Positions 37,920-51,200 of a DNA stretch of 64,000 nt are shown one piece after another. Source of the stretch: Amphiscolops sp. MND2022. Its lineage: Eukaryota. The notes under the pieces are model-generated. The model saw only the letters and a program-made list of their open reading frames with translations, ran no database searches and was not told the origin of the DNA. Positions within the stretch are counted from its first letter, which is position 1; every line of letters begins with the position of its first letter. The translations under genes and the position numbers were made by a program. Location of the stretch: NCBI GenBank assembly GCA_964187785.1, contig OZ076409.1, positions 56,794,001-56,858,000 of the forward strand. Direction: 5' to 3'.

Positions 37920-38062
37920 CTGTTTGGGTAACTTTTCCTAGTAGGTTATTTAGTTAATTGAAACCCAAGTCGTTAATTGATTGACTAATTAACTCTTATG
38001 AAAAGATTAAAAACGAACTCAACCCGTTGGTGCTTAGGTGTCTTTTCAACTGTTTCATTTTC

Positions 38063-38068
38063 AATAAA
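38063..38068 (+). terminator. candidate polyadenylation signal
   Basis: AATAAA ~145 nt after the stop codon of the PACC1-like gene. Confidence 0.4.
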
Positions 38069-38299
38069 AAATTGTCAGATTCAATCAGTAACAGTCAGCA
38101 GCAGTAAGTTGACCCATTCTTGTTGTTTTTAGTAGCGGCTAGGTTATATTTTGTGTTGCAAAATTATAAATAGACATATTTTTATTATTTCATTTGCATA
38201 AAAATTCAACTCATCTATATTTTTGTTGAAGTTTTTTTAGCGTTTTGTTAGATTGAGAAAAGATACAGAAATAGATAGAGAAGATTTTCTGGATATGGA

Positions 38300-38572
38300 A
38301 ATACAAGCTCTTGCCTGGTCTACACATAGCTTCTGTGGATATAAAAACTCAGGAAAAGACTCTGTGGAATTATCATGACTTTACTAACAATGAGCAATTA
38401 GGAAATAGTCTTTTTAGGAGATTAATAATCTTATGGAACACCTTTCCAGAAGATTTAAGAACTGGCAAACGAATATATGCACGCTGGAAGAAAATTTTTC
38501 AACGAGGGGTCTATGCAGTAATTCGACCGCAGCAATACAGTAAAAAAAGTTGGAGTGTACATTGCTTTAAAT
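38300..38572 (+). mobile_element. LINE (CR1/L2-group-like) ORF2 C-terminal remnant
   Basis: NSLFRRLIILWNTFPEDLR resembles the FxxRxxxxWNxLP motif; interrupted by the solo LTR. Confidence 0.55.
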
Positions 38573-39287
38573 TGTAACGATATAAGCATTCATATAGCTT
38601 AATTGCTACGATAGGTGGAGAAACTGGTATATAAAACTCATGAGTCCGGGACTAGACCGCTTCATACACCAGCTGAGTTTCCTCCAGGGAAAGCCGGTCC
38701 CGAGTAGAGGAACTGCTTTACAGGACGCTCTCTGGCCTGGATCCCGTCTGTTACTGCTAATAGACAATATGCTTTTCTTCCCACAACCACAGCAAAAATA
38801 GCCTCTAAAAACTGGTTTGGAATTACGGATATTGTGAATTCAATCCAGTAGTGGGAAATCCAATAACAACGAAATGAAGAGTTCCAAACAACAGCTCTCG
38901 AGCATATTATTCTGAACATGAAACAAATACCAAATAATACAACAAATCACGATAGCGTTGTCCATGTGGAAGGTAAGATCCTCTGCACACCCAGCGCGCA
39001 AGTTGAACACACCACAGAGCACTGGCAAAGGCTTTAAGCTGCAATCATGGTCGTAGAGTTTCTCTACCAAAAGTGATGATAATTTTCCATCTTTTCCATC
39101 ACGTTTTTCTAGTTGTTATGGTAATCTCGGTCGTTCGTCGTCTCGGGGGCGGCTTTTCTGCTCTGCGTTTTTGCACTGCTTTGGCTGGTAGATACTTGAA
39201 TGAGACATGCTAACCGTGCCACGTCACTTTCGAACAAAGTTTTGGGTACCAGTTAAAATTTCGATAAGGTCCAAAGTTGACGTTACA
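38573..39287 (-). repeat. diverged solo LTR related to family A
   Basis: Termini TGTAACG...CGTTACA, 715 bp; shares blocks such as CTCTCTGGCCTGG, ACTGCTAA and AACAGCTCTCGAGCA with 7537-8265; AAT on both flanks. Confidence 0.75.
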
Positions 39288-39605
39288 AATTTATAAATTG
39301 TTCATTGATGAAATACCTGTCTTAATTCCTTTTTCGGCTAGTTTTGTCAATTCATTTAGTCCTAATCATTTTCACACTGTCTTCTTTTACACAGAAAAAT
39401 TCATGGTTTTAGCTCCTATATTGTTGATCTTTAGTTTAAAGTAAGGTTCCTGGGCAGCGCCAACATTTTACAACCATTACATCAGAAGTTCAAAAACTTC
39501 CTTTCTGCCAGAATACGTTTCGAATGGTTCTTTTTATTTTCCGATTGATTCCACCACATCACTTTTTTTGAAGTGTTGACATTTTCCTTGAATTAAAAAT
39601 ACGTC

Positions 39606-39770
39606 GGGGAGCATGGTGTAGTGGTTAGAGCATTCGTCCTGTACTGGGGCGGTAAGAGGTTTGAATCTCTCTCAACTCACCATTGTTGGTCCTTAAGCAA
39701 TTCCTTAATCCCTAATTTAAAGGTATGGTCAGTGACAAAAATAAACGCATTTAACGGAGAAAAGCAAAAA
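39606..39770 (+). mobile_element. tRNA-derived SINE (decayed)
   Basis: A-box TGGTGTAGTGG and B-box-like GGTTTGAATCT, then a TCCTTAAGCAA...CTTAATCC core and an A-rich end; no proper cloverleaf. Confidence 0.55.
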
Positions 39771-42700
39771 CAAAAAACGCAACGGTGAGTCAGACCTTTG
39801 TGACATTGAGCAAGTCACTTTGAGACCACAACTTCAAGTCCACCAATACTTGATGACTTTGCTGCAAATATGGTAGCATAATATCCGAAAGGGCGCCGAC
39901 TTAGAAAAGCAGAACTCTCTATTTGGCGTCCACCCGCCGAATTAGGGGAATTAACATTGTTCAACCACAGTCTGTCAGTGTCACACAATCCAGACCGGGA
40001 ATCCTAATGGCTCTTGTACTTGAATAAAGTGTGTTTCTTCAACATCGAAAACAAGCCGGCAAAGGCCAGAATCGGACACCAGAATAAGGCTTGAAACACA
40101 AAGTCTTTCAGAGTCAACAACTGCTTGTTTCTAAGCGAACTTTACAACAGTCACTCAGTGCCGAATAAAACAAAAGTAGGGACCCTTTGCGCTGTTTTTT
40201 GTCCCACGTGGATGCAAAATATGGAGACACAAAAAATGAAAACTTCAATGCTAAAACATAGAAGAGGATACGTTTGCCTGATTTAGTCAAAAATGCTCCA
40301 AAAAAGTTCCAATATGTTTTTGTGGAAAACGGAAGTTAGTGAAAACCTATAAACATTTATACTGTTTTATCCGAAATAATAGCTTCATTAAATATATCCC
40401 TAAAAATGCTTTAAATCATGTAACGCTAAATAATAAAAGTGTTTGGACATTAGTGGCATTCAGAACCGCAGCCTCGATTCTAGAACCCATTAGCCCATCT
40501 TATTTCTAACTAAGGACTTTCGTACAAAGTATAAAAAAAGTTTGTAGGTCAGTGACATGAAAAATTCCTCATTTTAAAAGATGTTGATACAAAAGGTGCC
40601 GTGTCAATGTGATATTTATCATTCAGTTACAAGATGACACGAGAAAAAAAAAGACACACATGAACCTCAAAAGTTTGAGTAAAAATAAGCAACGGAAATA
40701 ATCTCTACTAACGTGCCTCTACAGCTCTGGAAACAAACTAATGCATATAAAAAATATACGTTCCTAAAGAGGCAACTTAAATATGCAATTCTCCATGGCA
40801 AGATGGGATTTGCAAAAGATTCAATATTTTGGATGCACCATGTTTTTGCTGTTACAGCGTTATTCTACACGAAGGCTATATTATAAAACAATGCCAAAGT
40901 TCGGTAACAACTAGATGCAAACTCCAGCCTTCTTGTTGCTCTTTTTTGAGATATCAACATTTCATATGAACGTTTTTTTATTGAAATAGACATTATCCTA
41001 GAATTGTATTAACCTAGTTCATTCTGAAACGAATCAGAAGCTCAACACTGATTTGTTGCGAAATTTGTTGCAAACAAGTCCAGAGAAGGTTAGATAATGG
41101 TATAATAAAATCGAACAAAGACACTCCAAGCTGAAAGAGATTTTTCCGAACTAGAACTCATCAAACAACCCGTTTCAGCAGAAAACTTACCAACTGCTCG
41201 AGATCTTTTATTGCTAAAAGCAACGGGCATCTTTCTGGCACTCTAAACACCACCGCTCAACTAGCATACAAAAAAAATGTCAGCAATAAAAAAATCATTT
41301 CCATGGTGACATAGCTTAAGATCTGAAAGAGTCAAAAGTACCCCTCGATCAAGAAAGTACACCTATAACAGTGATGAAACATACAACGATTCCTTGGAAC
41401 GTCAGTCCAAATAGCTGCAAGCCGGGGCTCTGGGCAGAACCTCTCATTTTGTGACTTTTGCTACTTCGGGTAGTATTTCGCTGACATCAATTAAAACCGA
41501 GTGTTGTAGAACCTGTTAAAGAGTCCTTTCAAAGGATATTTCAGTTTGCCGTACCTGTTCCTCCTTGGGTTCTCTCATTCTCTCAGTTTTTGCACGATTT
41601 GTTTTCGTGTTCGATCTGCATGCAAATGGCGGAAACAGCGAAATGAACAATCACATGCTCAATGCCACGTTAAACAGCGGATTCGAATTCTACACAAAAT
41701 TTCAGCAACATGTTCGAATCACATATTAGGGGGTGACGTTACATAACACACCGGGCCTTAGGTAAGACTTCTTTTTCATGCGAAGTAGCTAGCACTGAAA
41801 ACATCTCCGCATTATCTTTGCAACCCACTGGGAGGAGTTCAAATTGAAAAATTAGTGACATGGTCATCTCATGCTGATAGAGCAGTGAGGTTCTGCTTTT
41901 TGCGATATCCTGAGACTGCATAGTCCACCAACTGTCAACACTAGAACTAGTGCTGGAGCTAGAAACAAGTACGCAATAATGCACCTTCAACTAGATGAAA
42001 ATCATTAACATTCTTTTTATTGTAACAGCATCATTTTGTTATGTCCCTGCAGTAAAATTTAGTTGGATACCGCTAGCACTGTGTTTGAAATTTTTTATTG
42101 AGACCGAAACCTTCGCAAAGCGGCTTTTGTCAAAACATTTTTTTCCACGACTGTAATAATTTTGTTTGCAGAATTGTTAAAAGTTTTTTGTAAAACTTTT
42201 TTCCGTGGAAAAACCAGCTAAAAAGGAAGACTAAGTGTTTTTTTAATACTTTTGCCTATAGGTCGGCATTCGATAGGCAACACGCCCTGATATGCAGGTC
42301 CATACCTGTATTTAGTTAGAGTATCAGTTGTTAAAGAGCGCATTAGCAACTCTTCGTGAGAAAAAGCACTTTGGTAAAGAAGGCACAGTAAGACAAGCTC
42401 CTGTAACCAAATCAGGTGTCAGAGGATTTAATTTTTTTCAAGTGAAAAACATCAAGCCTTCAATAATGTAATAACTTAATAATGTAAAACGGCTCAAATC
42501 GGGGCCTTGCTCGAGGTACAAACAAGGGAAGTGCTATAACTTTGCTAATGTACACTATTGAAAAAACATCGAAAACCCAATTTTTAAAAGTAATCAAATT
42601 TTAAAACATCCTTAAAAATCTCGACGCCAAACAACGGTAAAGCAGACCTTTCATGTTCGTAAAACGTTTTTTTTCATGTCGAAATGCCTTCAAAAAGTGA

Positions 42701-44119
42701 AGGGTAAAAGTACACTTTGAACAAAAAAGTTTTTTCTCTACAAAAAACAGTAGGCCTTTTCAACAAATAAGAAAACTTTCATCAGTCCCACAGGACAAAA
42801 CCATAACCAAAGAGGTCACGTTTAAGACTCCAATAACGGTTTTCCGTAGAAACAAGACAAAAACAACTTATCTAGAAACGTTCTCTTTAAAATGTTTGAT
42901 AAGTCGCACGGTGCAGAAAAAACACCATGGCCTTTCCTCTATCTTTACAAGCAATAACAACAATTGATTTAGTGCTGGACTTTAACCCACTTACTCTTGC
43001 TTTTCAGACCCTGATACCAGACCTGAAAATATTCAGTAATCGCAAAGTCAAAACGACTGGACCTCCTCCATATAAAATTTCGAAAAGTGAACGCTTTAGA
43101 ATGATTGACGAAACAAAACTTGCCATTGTGAGAGTCTTGTACTTTTTACTAATAAAAAACTCAGAATAGAATCTTGAAGTATGAAAGAGTTTCACGTTTC
43201 ACAACAACGTGGCGAAAAAAAACTAAGGAATTTATTCTGGTCTCTTTCACGAAATGTAAAATAATAGAAGAACTTTTCTTCACCCCTGCATGGCTTGTTT
43301 TTCGTTGACTCAGTTCAAAAATCAGACAAATGTTCCACAGTGCCATACAACACCCTAATGGTATCCTTTAGTCTCGTCTAGCTTAACAAACTTGAAAAAG
43401 TCTATTGCTCGGGGTTCGAACCAGTGTACTCCTGCTTCCCGGGCTTCTAAGAGAACTTGTCGCAAGCAACTGGTCGAAAACAACTGGTCAACAAAACAAT
43501 GTGGAAAAATAGTCGAAAAGCAATTCTTCAAAAATTCTGCTGTGATAAACTCGTCGGAAGCACTTAAAATAAACACAGCCAACTATGATGATAATTTTGT
43601 GATCTCATAGTATTACCCACGCAATTATCACACAATAAACTTGTCGTAAGCACTAGCATTTGTGGCTCCGTCAATTGGACGATCACGGAATTACTCACTT
43701 CTTGAGTTTCTCCTAGTTTTCTTAGAGCAGTTTTCTTCGGGATTAATTTCCGGTCACTCGGACGGAACGTTCCATCTATTTTGTGTCAAATGGCCCGATC
43801 CGGAATATAGGGCAGTTTGAATCTGAGGCAATATTTGACTATCAATTGCATCACTAATTGCCCTTTGAATCTGGGTATTGACACTACTCATCATCCCATC
43901 TAATTCTCTAGATAACCTCGAGTTCAACTCGCTCAACAATCTGTTAATCTCAGCATTAGAATTAGTACCGACTGAATTCTGGCCGTAATCGGCATTTATC
44001 CCTGTACTGACAACTCGTAGATTTGAGTACATGTTTTCATCGTCATTTCCAAAGTTATTGCTAATGGCACTTTCGGGCCTTCTAACAAGATTCCTGTCTA
44101 AGTTTTCTCCTCTTTCTTT

Positions 44120-44395
44120 GAATATGCATTGAAGAAAGTCCGAGCGAAAATAGTGAATTATCTTGTTCGGAATTTAGGATTTTGTACGTTGTATCGTAAA
44201 CAGGTATGTCAAACTAAACTTGGAGAAGCAAAATACAATTGTGTCCCTCTCGGGAAAAATACTAATATATATATACCCCTGAGAGGGTGACACTGAAATT
44301 CCTTGCATAACAATCTGTTTACAGATTCCATAAAGGGAACATGACTATGGCGGGTGACCACTAACATTCATTCGTTTTTAGCGACGTCATCTACA
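44120..44395 (-). repeat. truncated LTR of element B (second copy ~53190-53470)
   Basis: Starts TGTAG on - strand, contains a TATATA tract and is fused directly to N-terminally truncated gag (KERGENLDRNLVRRPES). Confidence 0.55.
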
Positions 44396-45704
44396 TCAAA
44401 GCACTTGAGGAATTTGTCCCGTTAGGGTCAAAGGGTATTCATACCTAATTCATTCGCAGCAACATCATTAAAATTTTACATAAAATATGGAATGCACTCA
44501 AATGCATTTTCTAACTGCAAATACTATCATCAAAGGGGAGCGGAGGAATTTAGCCTTATTATATTAGGCAAACAATACTTTGACCTAACATCAAAACTAA
44601 TACTTTCAAATTGTTTACAGTGAGAGGAATGTAAACTATTTAGCGGCACGTGCCTACACACGTGCGTGGAATCAACAAAACAAAGACACAGTTTCATGCA
44701 ATAGAAATGAACATAATATAGTAATATGGCCCGATACGGCTATTGGACTTGGAAGCTGGCCATTAGCGAAGGCCGGAATAGGACAGGTGACGGGTATTCG
44801 GATTGCTACTACTGGTCGTTATTATTGCACTAATTGAACTTAAAAAGCTCATTAACATCTTCAAGTGTATAAATACATTCTTACATGACTGTACAACAAA
44901 CTCATTCATGCTTAAAAGCATCTCTACTGACAATAAGCAAAATGGCCTATACCGGCCATTTGCCTTTTGTCCTGCATTACCAATCTAATATAATGTCAAG
45001 TGGCCATATACGGCCAATCAATTAAAAATTTGTACAGCACCTTACACAATCTGACCTGAATAGGCTAATTGCCCCGTACTAAGTAATCATTATTAAATAC
45101 TGGTCAAACGGCCTTAACCGTTTGAAAGAGGTAAGTTTGGGATAAAGTTAGATAATACTGCACTAGAGGGGTTATTTAGCCTAAGAGTACAAGCACATGA
45201 ATCCTGGTTAAGTGTGAAAACAATTCGCATCACAATTGCGCTTATGTGAAATGGTCGGAACCGGCCGTTTGACTGAATTTTTATTAAAAGCAGCGAAGTT
45301 ATGTCCACAGGCCTTATTCGGCCATTAATGAATGGAAGTATTAACTGCGTAGCAAATGGAGTAATTTGATTGGACAAGGCCGCGTGCTCAAATGACGTTT
45401 CTGGTACAGAAGTTTATCAATAGCAACTATAATTAAAACAATTAGCAATTCTTCTCCTAACACTTCTAATCATTGCATCTGACGTATTAAGACAGCTTCA
45501 AGTACTTTCTAAGAAAATACACAGCACTACTGATTAAATAGCACATATTACTTGATGAAAGCTAAATAGGCCGGAACCGGCCATTGGACCAGCGTGTGCG
45601 AGCATAGTAGTTAGATTAAGGCAAGCGGCCATAACCGGCCAAATAATGTATTACTGAGAAATAATACTAGCTATACTGCACTGTGATTGGTTAATTTTCA
45701 GTTT

Positions 45705-46505
45705 TAACAATAAAATGTAGGAAGCGTTCCTGGTGCGATGTTTTGTCCGTCTGCTGATGTCGTGATGATTGTTCCATTGAAGGCGGCAGCCTGCGACACT
45801 GCGGGTGGAATAAAAAAACAACCCTGCATTCAGTCCATTCAAATAAGCTTCCTTCCTCATTGCTGTGACGTAGGCCGGCTCACCTCTTGGTGTTGATCTC
45901 CTTATATAGTCATCTGCCTTCTCCCTCTTGATTGCGTCAGCTGATCTCCCACAAACGATGCAGCTTCTGTACATCTTCTTGCTGACGTTCTCGTATGGCA
46001 CCGTGTCTTGCACATGGTATGAAACACGGAACCCAGAATTAGCCGGTTGTGGCAACGGGGCCAACATCGTTTCCAACACAGGCCCTCTCTCATGGGCGGG
46101 TGGCGACATGGGCGAGTCATCCACAGGTATGACCGTCTTACAGAGTTCGATCCTCATCTTGGCATATTCTTTGGCAGGGGCGTAACAAAGAGTTTTATCA
46201 AAATACTGCTTACCCAGTTTAGGGGTCGATTCCATATCTGTCCTACTAGATCTCGGCCCTGGGATCATAATCAAGTCCTCATGACTGTTAGAAGTCACTA
46301 TTCTCCCAGCTATCAGCTTTGGGCTGGATACCACCTCTGTCTCGATCCTCTTGATCATGTCCTAGGTGTTAGTTGACCAGTCCGAGTCCTATTCTTCTGA
46401 CATCCCTTCGTTCTCATCAGTGGAGATGTAGATCACAGAATCACTCGTAGTCTCAGAGTCGAAGTCATCCTCTTCGAAGAGTCTCCTTGCTATATTCTTT
46501 TCCAT
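45705..46505 (-). pseudogene. orphan accessory ORF in the 3' region of element B (acidic N-terminus, CxxC)
   Basis: MEKNIARRLFEEDDFDSETTSD...(in-frame stops)...MIKRIE...RSCIVCGRS...; probable frameshift in a T-run near 45815. Second copy ~54775-55580. Confidence 0.55.
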
Positions 46506-47549
46506 AATGAGTTTTTCGCAATTTTGAGCTAGAAAGGGCAACTATTCAGTGTTGAATTTCTGAGAGAAATGATTTTGTTGATGCTTTTACTTCAAGCCAA
46601 GTCAGGCCGATTTCCGGGATTTTCACCTCGGCGGTCAAAAGTTCGGTTAATCTTCCGAAGTCCGCGTAAACTATTCTGAATGGAATTCCATCAATGGTCT
46701 GCGGCCTTTGATTTTCTGGTGTTTACCCCTCATCACTTCCGTCATCAGAAGAGGTGTGAACAACGCTCAAGTTGTTCATATCAAATACACTCGTCTCAAG
46801 TGGGTAACTAACGATTCGCTTGGAGGCAATTAACGGCACGCGCCAAAGGTTTCTCTCAAAATGGCTTTAGCCAATCGAAATTGACTTTCGGTATTATGGA
46901 AATTGGATAGTAAAATGGCAAAAATAATAACTAAAATAATCCAGAATGCGGAAATTCTAACTAAATGGTAATAAGGGCAACGGAACAAAACGGCAAAACG
47001 GAACAAGGTAAATGGCCAAAATCGGCTTCTAACTAACTAGTTTGTAAATAATGAGCCATCTTCTGTACATTTCGCTGGCAGACTCCATGCCCAGTTTTAA
47101 ATTCGTATATAGCCATAAAATATTAGTCTGGTAGTTTCTTCAGCCACGAACTCCAACTTTCATGTTTTTTGACAGTTACATGATTCAATTCCTTTTACCA
47201 TTTGTATTCATTGCATTCGACTGCTTCTGTAACCTTCTTTACATTGGTTGTCTGTCTTCAACTGTTGTTGCTGATTCCTTCCTTCTCGGAGCATTCCGAA
47301 TCTTCTTTCCTTTTTTCAGCCCAACTCTGCCAATTTCCCCAATTTTGTCAACCGGATAAGGACTGAATCCCAGGAGGCAATCTCATCACAGCAGAATGTC
47401 TTCGAACACAGGTTGGTCTGGATTTTTGTTTTGAACTAATTTAACTTGATCAGGGCTAAATTTTGTTCACAAAGTGCTTCCTATTTCCATCACTGAACGC
47501 GTGATAACACGTTTCATTCAAATTTTCAAAATGCTTCTAGAAGGCTTCT

Positions 47550-47981
47550 AATGCGGCAAAATGGATTTCTTCGAAGGAAGCTCACCGCCAAACTTCATTC
47601 CCTTTTGTTTAGATAAATATCGTTCCGAGAATGATCAAACACCAGATCCTGGTTCTACTGCCAATCTTGCCCATGTTCTCTGTTCTATCTGCTGATTACG
47701 GTCAATCTGCTTTTGCGCCCGACTTTGACCCGTGGACACATCCTGACGTTTTCAGTCGGTCTCTGACCTACAAGTCTTTGTCGTTGTCATATAATGTCGT
47801 TAAGGCCGGACCAAAAGTGGGTGCTGTACGAGTTGAAACATCAGAGTCTTCTGGTGTAGTCGGAAAATCAGCAGTTCAAACTCCAAGTGGATTCAAAAGG
47901 AAACGGTCCGGTAGTAGTGGAGTTGGCTCGGCTTCTTCTTCACTAGTGGAAGAAACAGCAGTGTTCGGATCTAAGAACTAA
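47550..47981 (+). pseudogene. antisense ORF remnant in the 3' region of element B
   Basis: ORF 47631-47981 (DYGQSAFAPDFDPWTHPDVFSRSLTYKSL...FKRKRS) opposes pol and looks 5'-truncated. Confidence 0.4.
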
Positions 47982-48239
47982 ATGTACATATGTATTTATG
48001 TACTCATCAAACTGTATATTCTGTTGATTTCTTTATTTCGATTTCTTTGATGTTGTCTTGTATTTATTCATTGTCATCTAGTGTTGATTTCTTAATGCCT
48101 GTATTATCTTGAAAGGTATTGTTGCCGAAAGAAAGTCCCCATATTTATTCAGAAATAAGTGTCTTCTGGGTCTTAAAAAATGCAAGATAAAAAGGAAAAG
48201 AGAGCAGCGTTCGTTTCGGGACGCAATTCAATCTTTTCC

Positions 48240-51200
48240 TTAGTATCTTAGATCTTCTGAGTACTTTGGATTAGGGTTGGGCCTGAGATTATATCTTCCA
48301 CCTCTAGGACAGATTATCATTTCCTTCATCATTTTGCGATATTTCGGGCACGATATTATCATCCCCCTTTTTGGAGACTTTTGTGCATCGGTTTCATTAG
48401 TAGAATTTCTTTCTGAACAATTTGCTTCGTTTTCCTGTCTTTCGGACAGATCCGGCAAAGATTTTTCCTGATTTTTGGAGTAAACGAGTGGATTTGGAGT
48501 AAAAGAGGATTCGACCAATCAGATTCTCCATTGCTAGTAGCTTTACTAGCTTCATTTCTTTTGCTGACGTCATCATTTAATCTTTCATTCCGGCTGTGCA
48601 CTGCATCGTTGACGTCATTCGGACTATCAGTCGTGATTATATAATCCGCGTCATTCTCGCTTGCGTCACTTGAATTCGCTTCTGCCGTAATCGACCGTTC
48701 GCCATTCGGCAAGTTAAGTAGCTCGGGCGTGATTGTTGCATTAGGGACCCTTTTGTCTTTTGCGCATTGTTCACACCCTTCTACCCACTTTTTAACGTAT
48801 TTCGCCACGCTAGGGTAGTACTACCTCTGTCTGAAAACTTGCAACATCTATAATATGCCAGAGTGCTTGTGAGCTGTCCCATGAAGAGACTGAAGCAATT
48901 CCTGTAGTAAATGTTGCGGGAGAAGGATTTGATGGTACTTGACATTCCCTGTTTCATCAAAATATTGCCTTGTCAAGATGTCTTCACTGATTACATTTCG
49001 GTTGTTGTAGGACAAAGCATTTGTCTAGTGCTCGGTTGATTTCGTCAAATTGTTGTACCAATTCCTTCGATACCAAGACTTTTTTGTCACTTTTCTGCAT
49101 CTTAAAGAATGGAGCAAGGCGTTCAGAGAGTCTTGGGACATAATTTCGGTAGTAGTTCAGGAAGTCCAAATATCTCTGCAAATCCTTTTTCGACTTTGGA
49201 AATTTGGTTTTTTCGAGGAAATTCTAAACACTCTGTCTTTGGGGTTTGACGCCTTGTGGGGTGATTGTTCTGCCGAGGAAGTCAATTTCCGTGGCACCAA
49301 AATGACATTTGTGCATTGTCAATTTAAGGCCTGTTTCCTGAATGCATTTGAATGTTGCTCTCAGGTTACCGATGAGGTGGCCAGCATCATTGGCTGCGAT
49401 GCCGATATCGTCCACATACTGGGCCACTGATCCGCTTTAATGACTTTGTCAAAAAATTCTCTCATGAAACTGGAAAATGCGGACAATGCCCGACTAAGGC
49501 CTTGTGCCAAACGTCTGTAGGCAAATATGCGGCTTGCGAAATTGAAGGCTAACATTTCAATAGATCCCTGGTCAGCCATCTGGAAGCAATGATACGCCTG
49601 TGAACAGTCCAATTCGCAAAAGAGTTTCTTGCCCGCCATGTGCTGGGCGGCATCGACTAGTGTACTGACTGGGTGATTATCATTTATATAATCATCGGAA
49701 ACTAGGTTGTTGATTTTTCTCAAGTCAACCAAGAGTCGCAGTTCCCATTTGGGTTCTTTTGCGCGAATATTGGGCTGGCGTATTTCGAAAATGGTAGAGT
49801 CGTTATAATTCCATATTTGTGGAGCATTGCTGGTTCCACTAGTATGTCCTCCTTTAGGTTGTTTGGTGCTGGAAGGCTTTGGCTATAGGCTGGGGAATCA
49901 TCTTTGGGTGTAAGTTTTACCTTAAATTCCTCGTTCATGCCTTTGTCAAATCTGTGTCGGGCGAAGATGTCATGGAATTCCACTAATAAGTTTTCTACTT
50001 TCTCCTTATCTTCAGGAGTCAGAGTGGAGTCTTTCCAGTCGAAGTTTTCTAGAAACTTTGCCCGAGATTCTGGATCTTTTGTAGGATCAAGGGTCTCCAG
50101 GTCCTGTAAGGCCTGTAATTCTCGCAAGATCCTTTTCTGTATTGGTGTGTTCTTCCGGGTTGCCTGGGTTCTCCGGGGTAGGAAACCAGTAGTTTTCTTG
50201 GTTTTGCGGGCTTTTATTCGCCTTGATGAGACTACTGACGTAATGAGCCGCTTGCTCTTGGTCCTGTTGTAGGAAATGCCAGGTTGATGCCGGGTCTATC
50301 GGTTTGACGTATTTCATTTGTACCGGCGTCATGACAGAAAAATTGGCAATATGAAGTCCTTTTTTGAGTTTATAAGGGTGGTCCGTGAAATTGTTCACTG
50401 GTATCAATATACTGCCATCATTCAGAGTGACTGAGGCGGGGCAAAATGTGATATCTCCTTCTTCATGTAGGAGGTCACTCGGTTGTAAAATGCCAGTAAC
50501 TGCATTCTCAGGATACAGTAAGGAATGGGTCCTAATTCGGACTCTGTCATTTGGTCGAATGGTAATCTAGGTAGGATTGAGGATCGGTGCTAATACCGTC
50601 GAGTATTTGTGATCAGTTGTTTTGAGCTGCATCGAAAAGAACGGGAAATTGAGAATTCTTTGTCTCATGTACAGAACTGTATGACTTCTCTGAAGGAACA
50701 TTAGTCCAATAATCGGTTCTGTCAAATGCACCATTACGATATAAATTTCATGGAACTCAATATTACCAACTTCAAATTTGAGCACCATAGGACTCTTGGG
50801 AGTCTCTAATTGCCCATTTGCGGCCATGATTTGGAAATTTGGAGGCGGACCTTCCCGGATAACAGATTGTGGAGATAAGAGTCGGATTTTCCGGAGGTCC
50901 ATTTCTGGAATTGCACTGGACAATGCGCCAGTGTCGATTAGTCCATCTATGGTCAATTCTGCAAAGTCCATCGGGAAATACAGCATGCGTTTCTTGCATT
51001 TAAGGTTGATGTTGGTTGACAGGGGTATACAGTCTGGTTCACCGTCTTCGGTAATGAGTACATTCTGCAACGGTTTCGGCACTCTTTTCGGTATTCTCGG
51101 TTCCCAAGTGGTTTGGGAACACCGGATTGTTTGTACCATCATTCATTTGCCAGTTTTCACTTAGCGCTCTTGTTTTCTCGTTATGGGTAATTGGAGGGTT

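Larger units (their letters stand above)
43642..47447. repeat. 3.8-kb direct repeat, copy 1 (copy 2 at 52713-56523; third 300-bp piece at 56521-56823)
   Basis: Identical or near-identical ORFs 44803/53878, 45114/54189 and 45928/55004; offset ~9.07 kb. Confidence 0.97.

Noticed and set aside
39606..39680. Possible tRNA gene
   Set aside because: Has A/B boxes but no consistent acceptor or anticodon stems, and continues into SINE-like sequence.
41120..41200. AERDFSELELIK resembling a hAT dimerisation motif
   Set aside because: Too short, with no supporting transposase frame or TIRs found.
43642..47447. The 3.8-kb direct repeats as giant LTRs
   Set aside because: They include gag coding sequence and lack TG...CA ends and an adjacent PBS; better explained as a tandem duplication.
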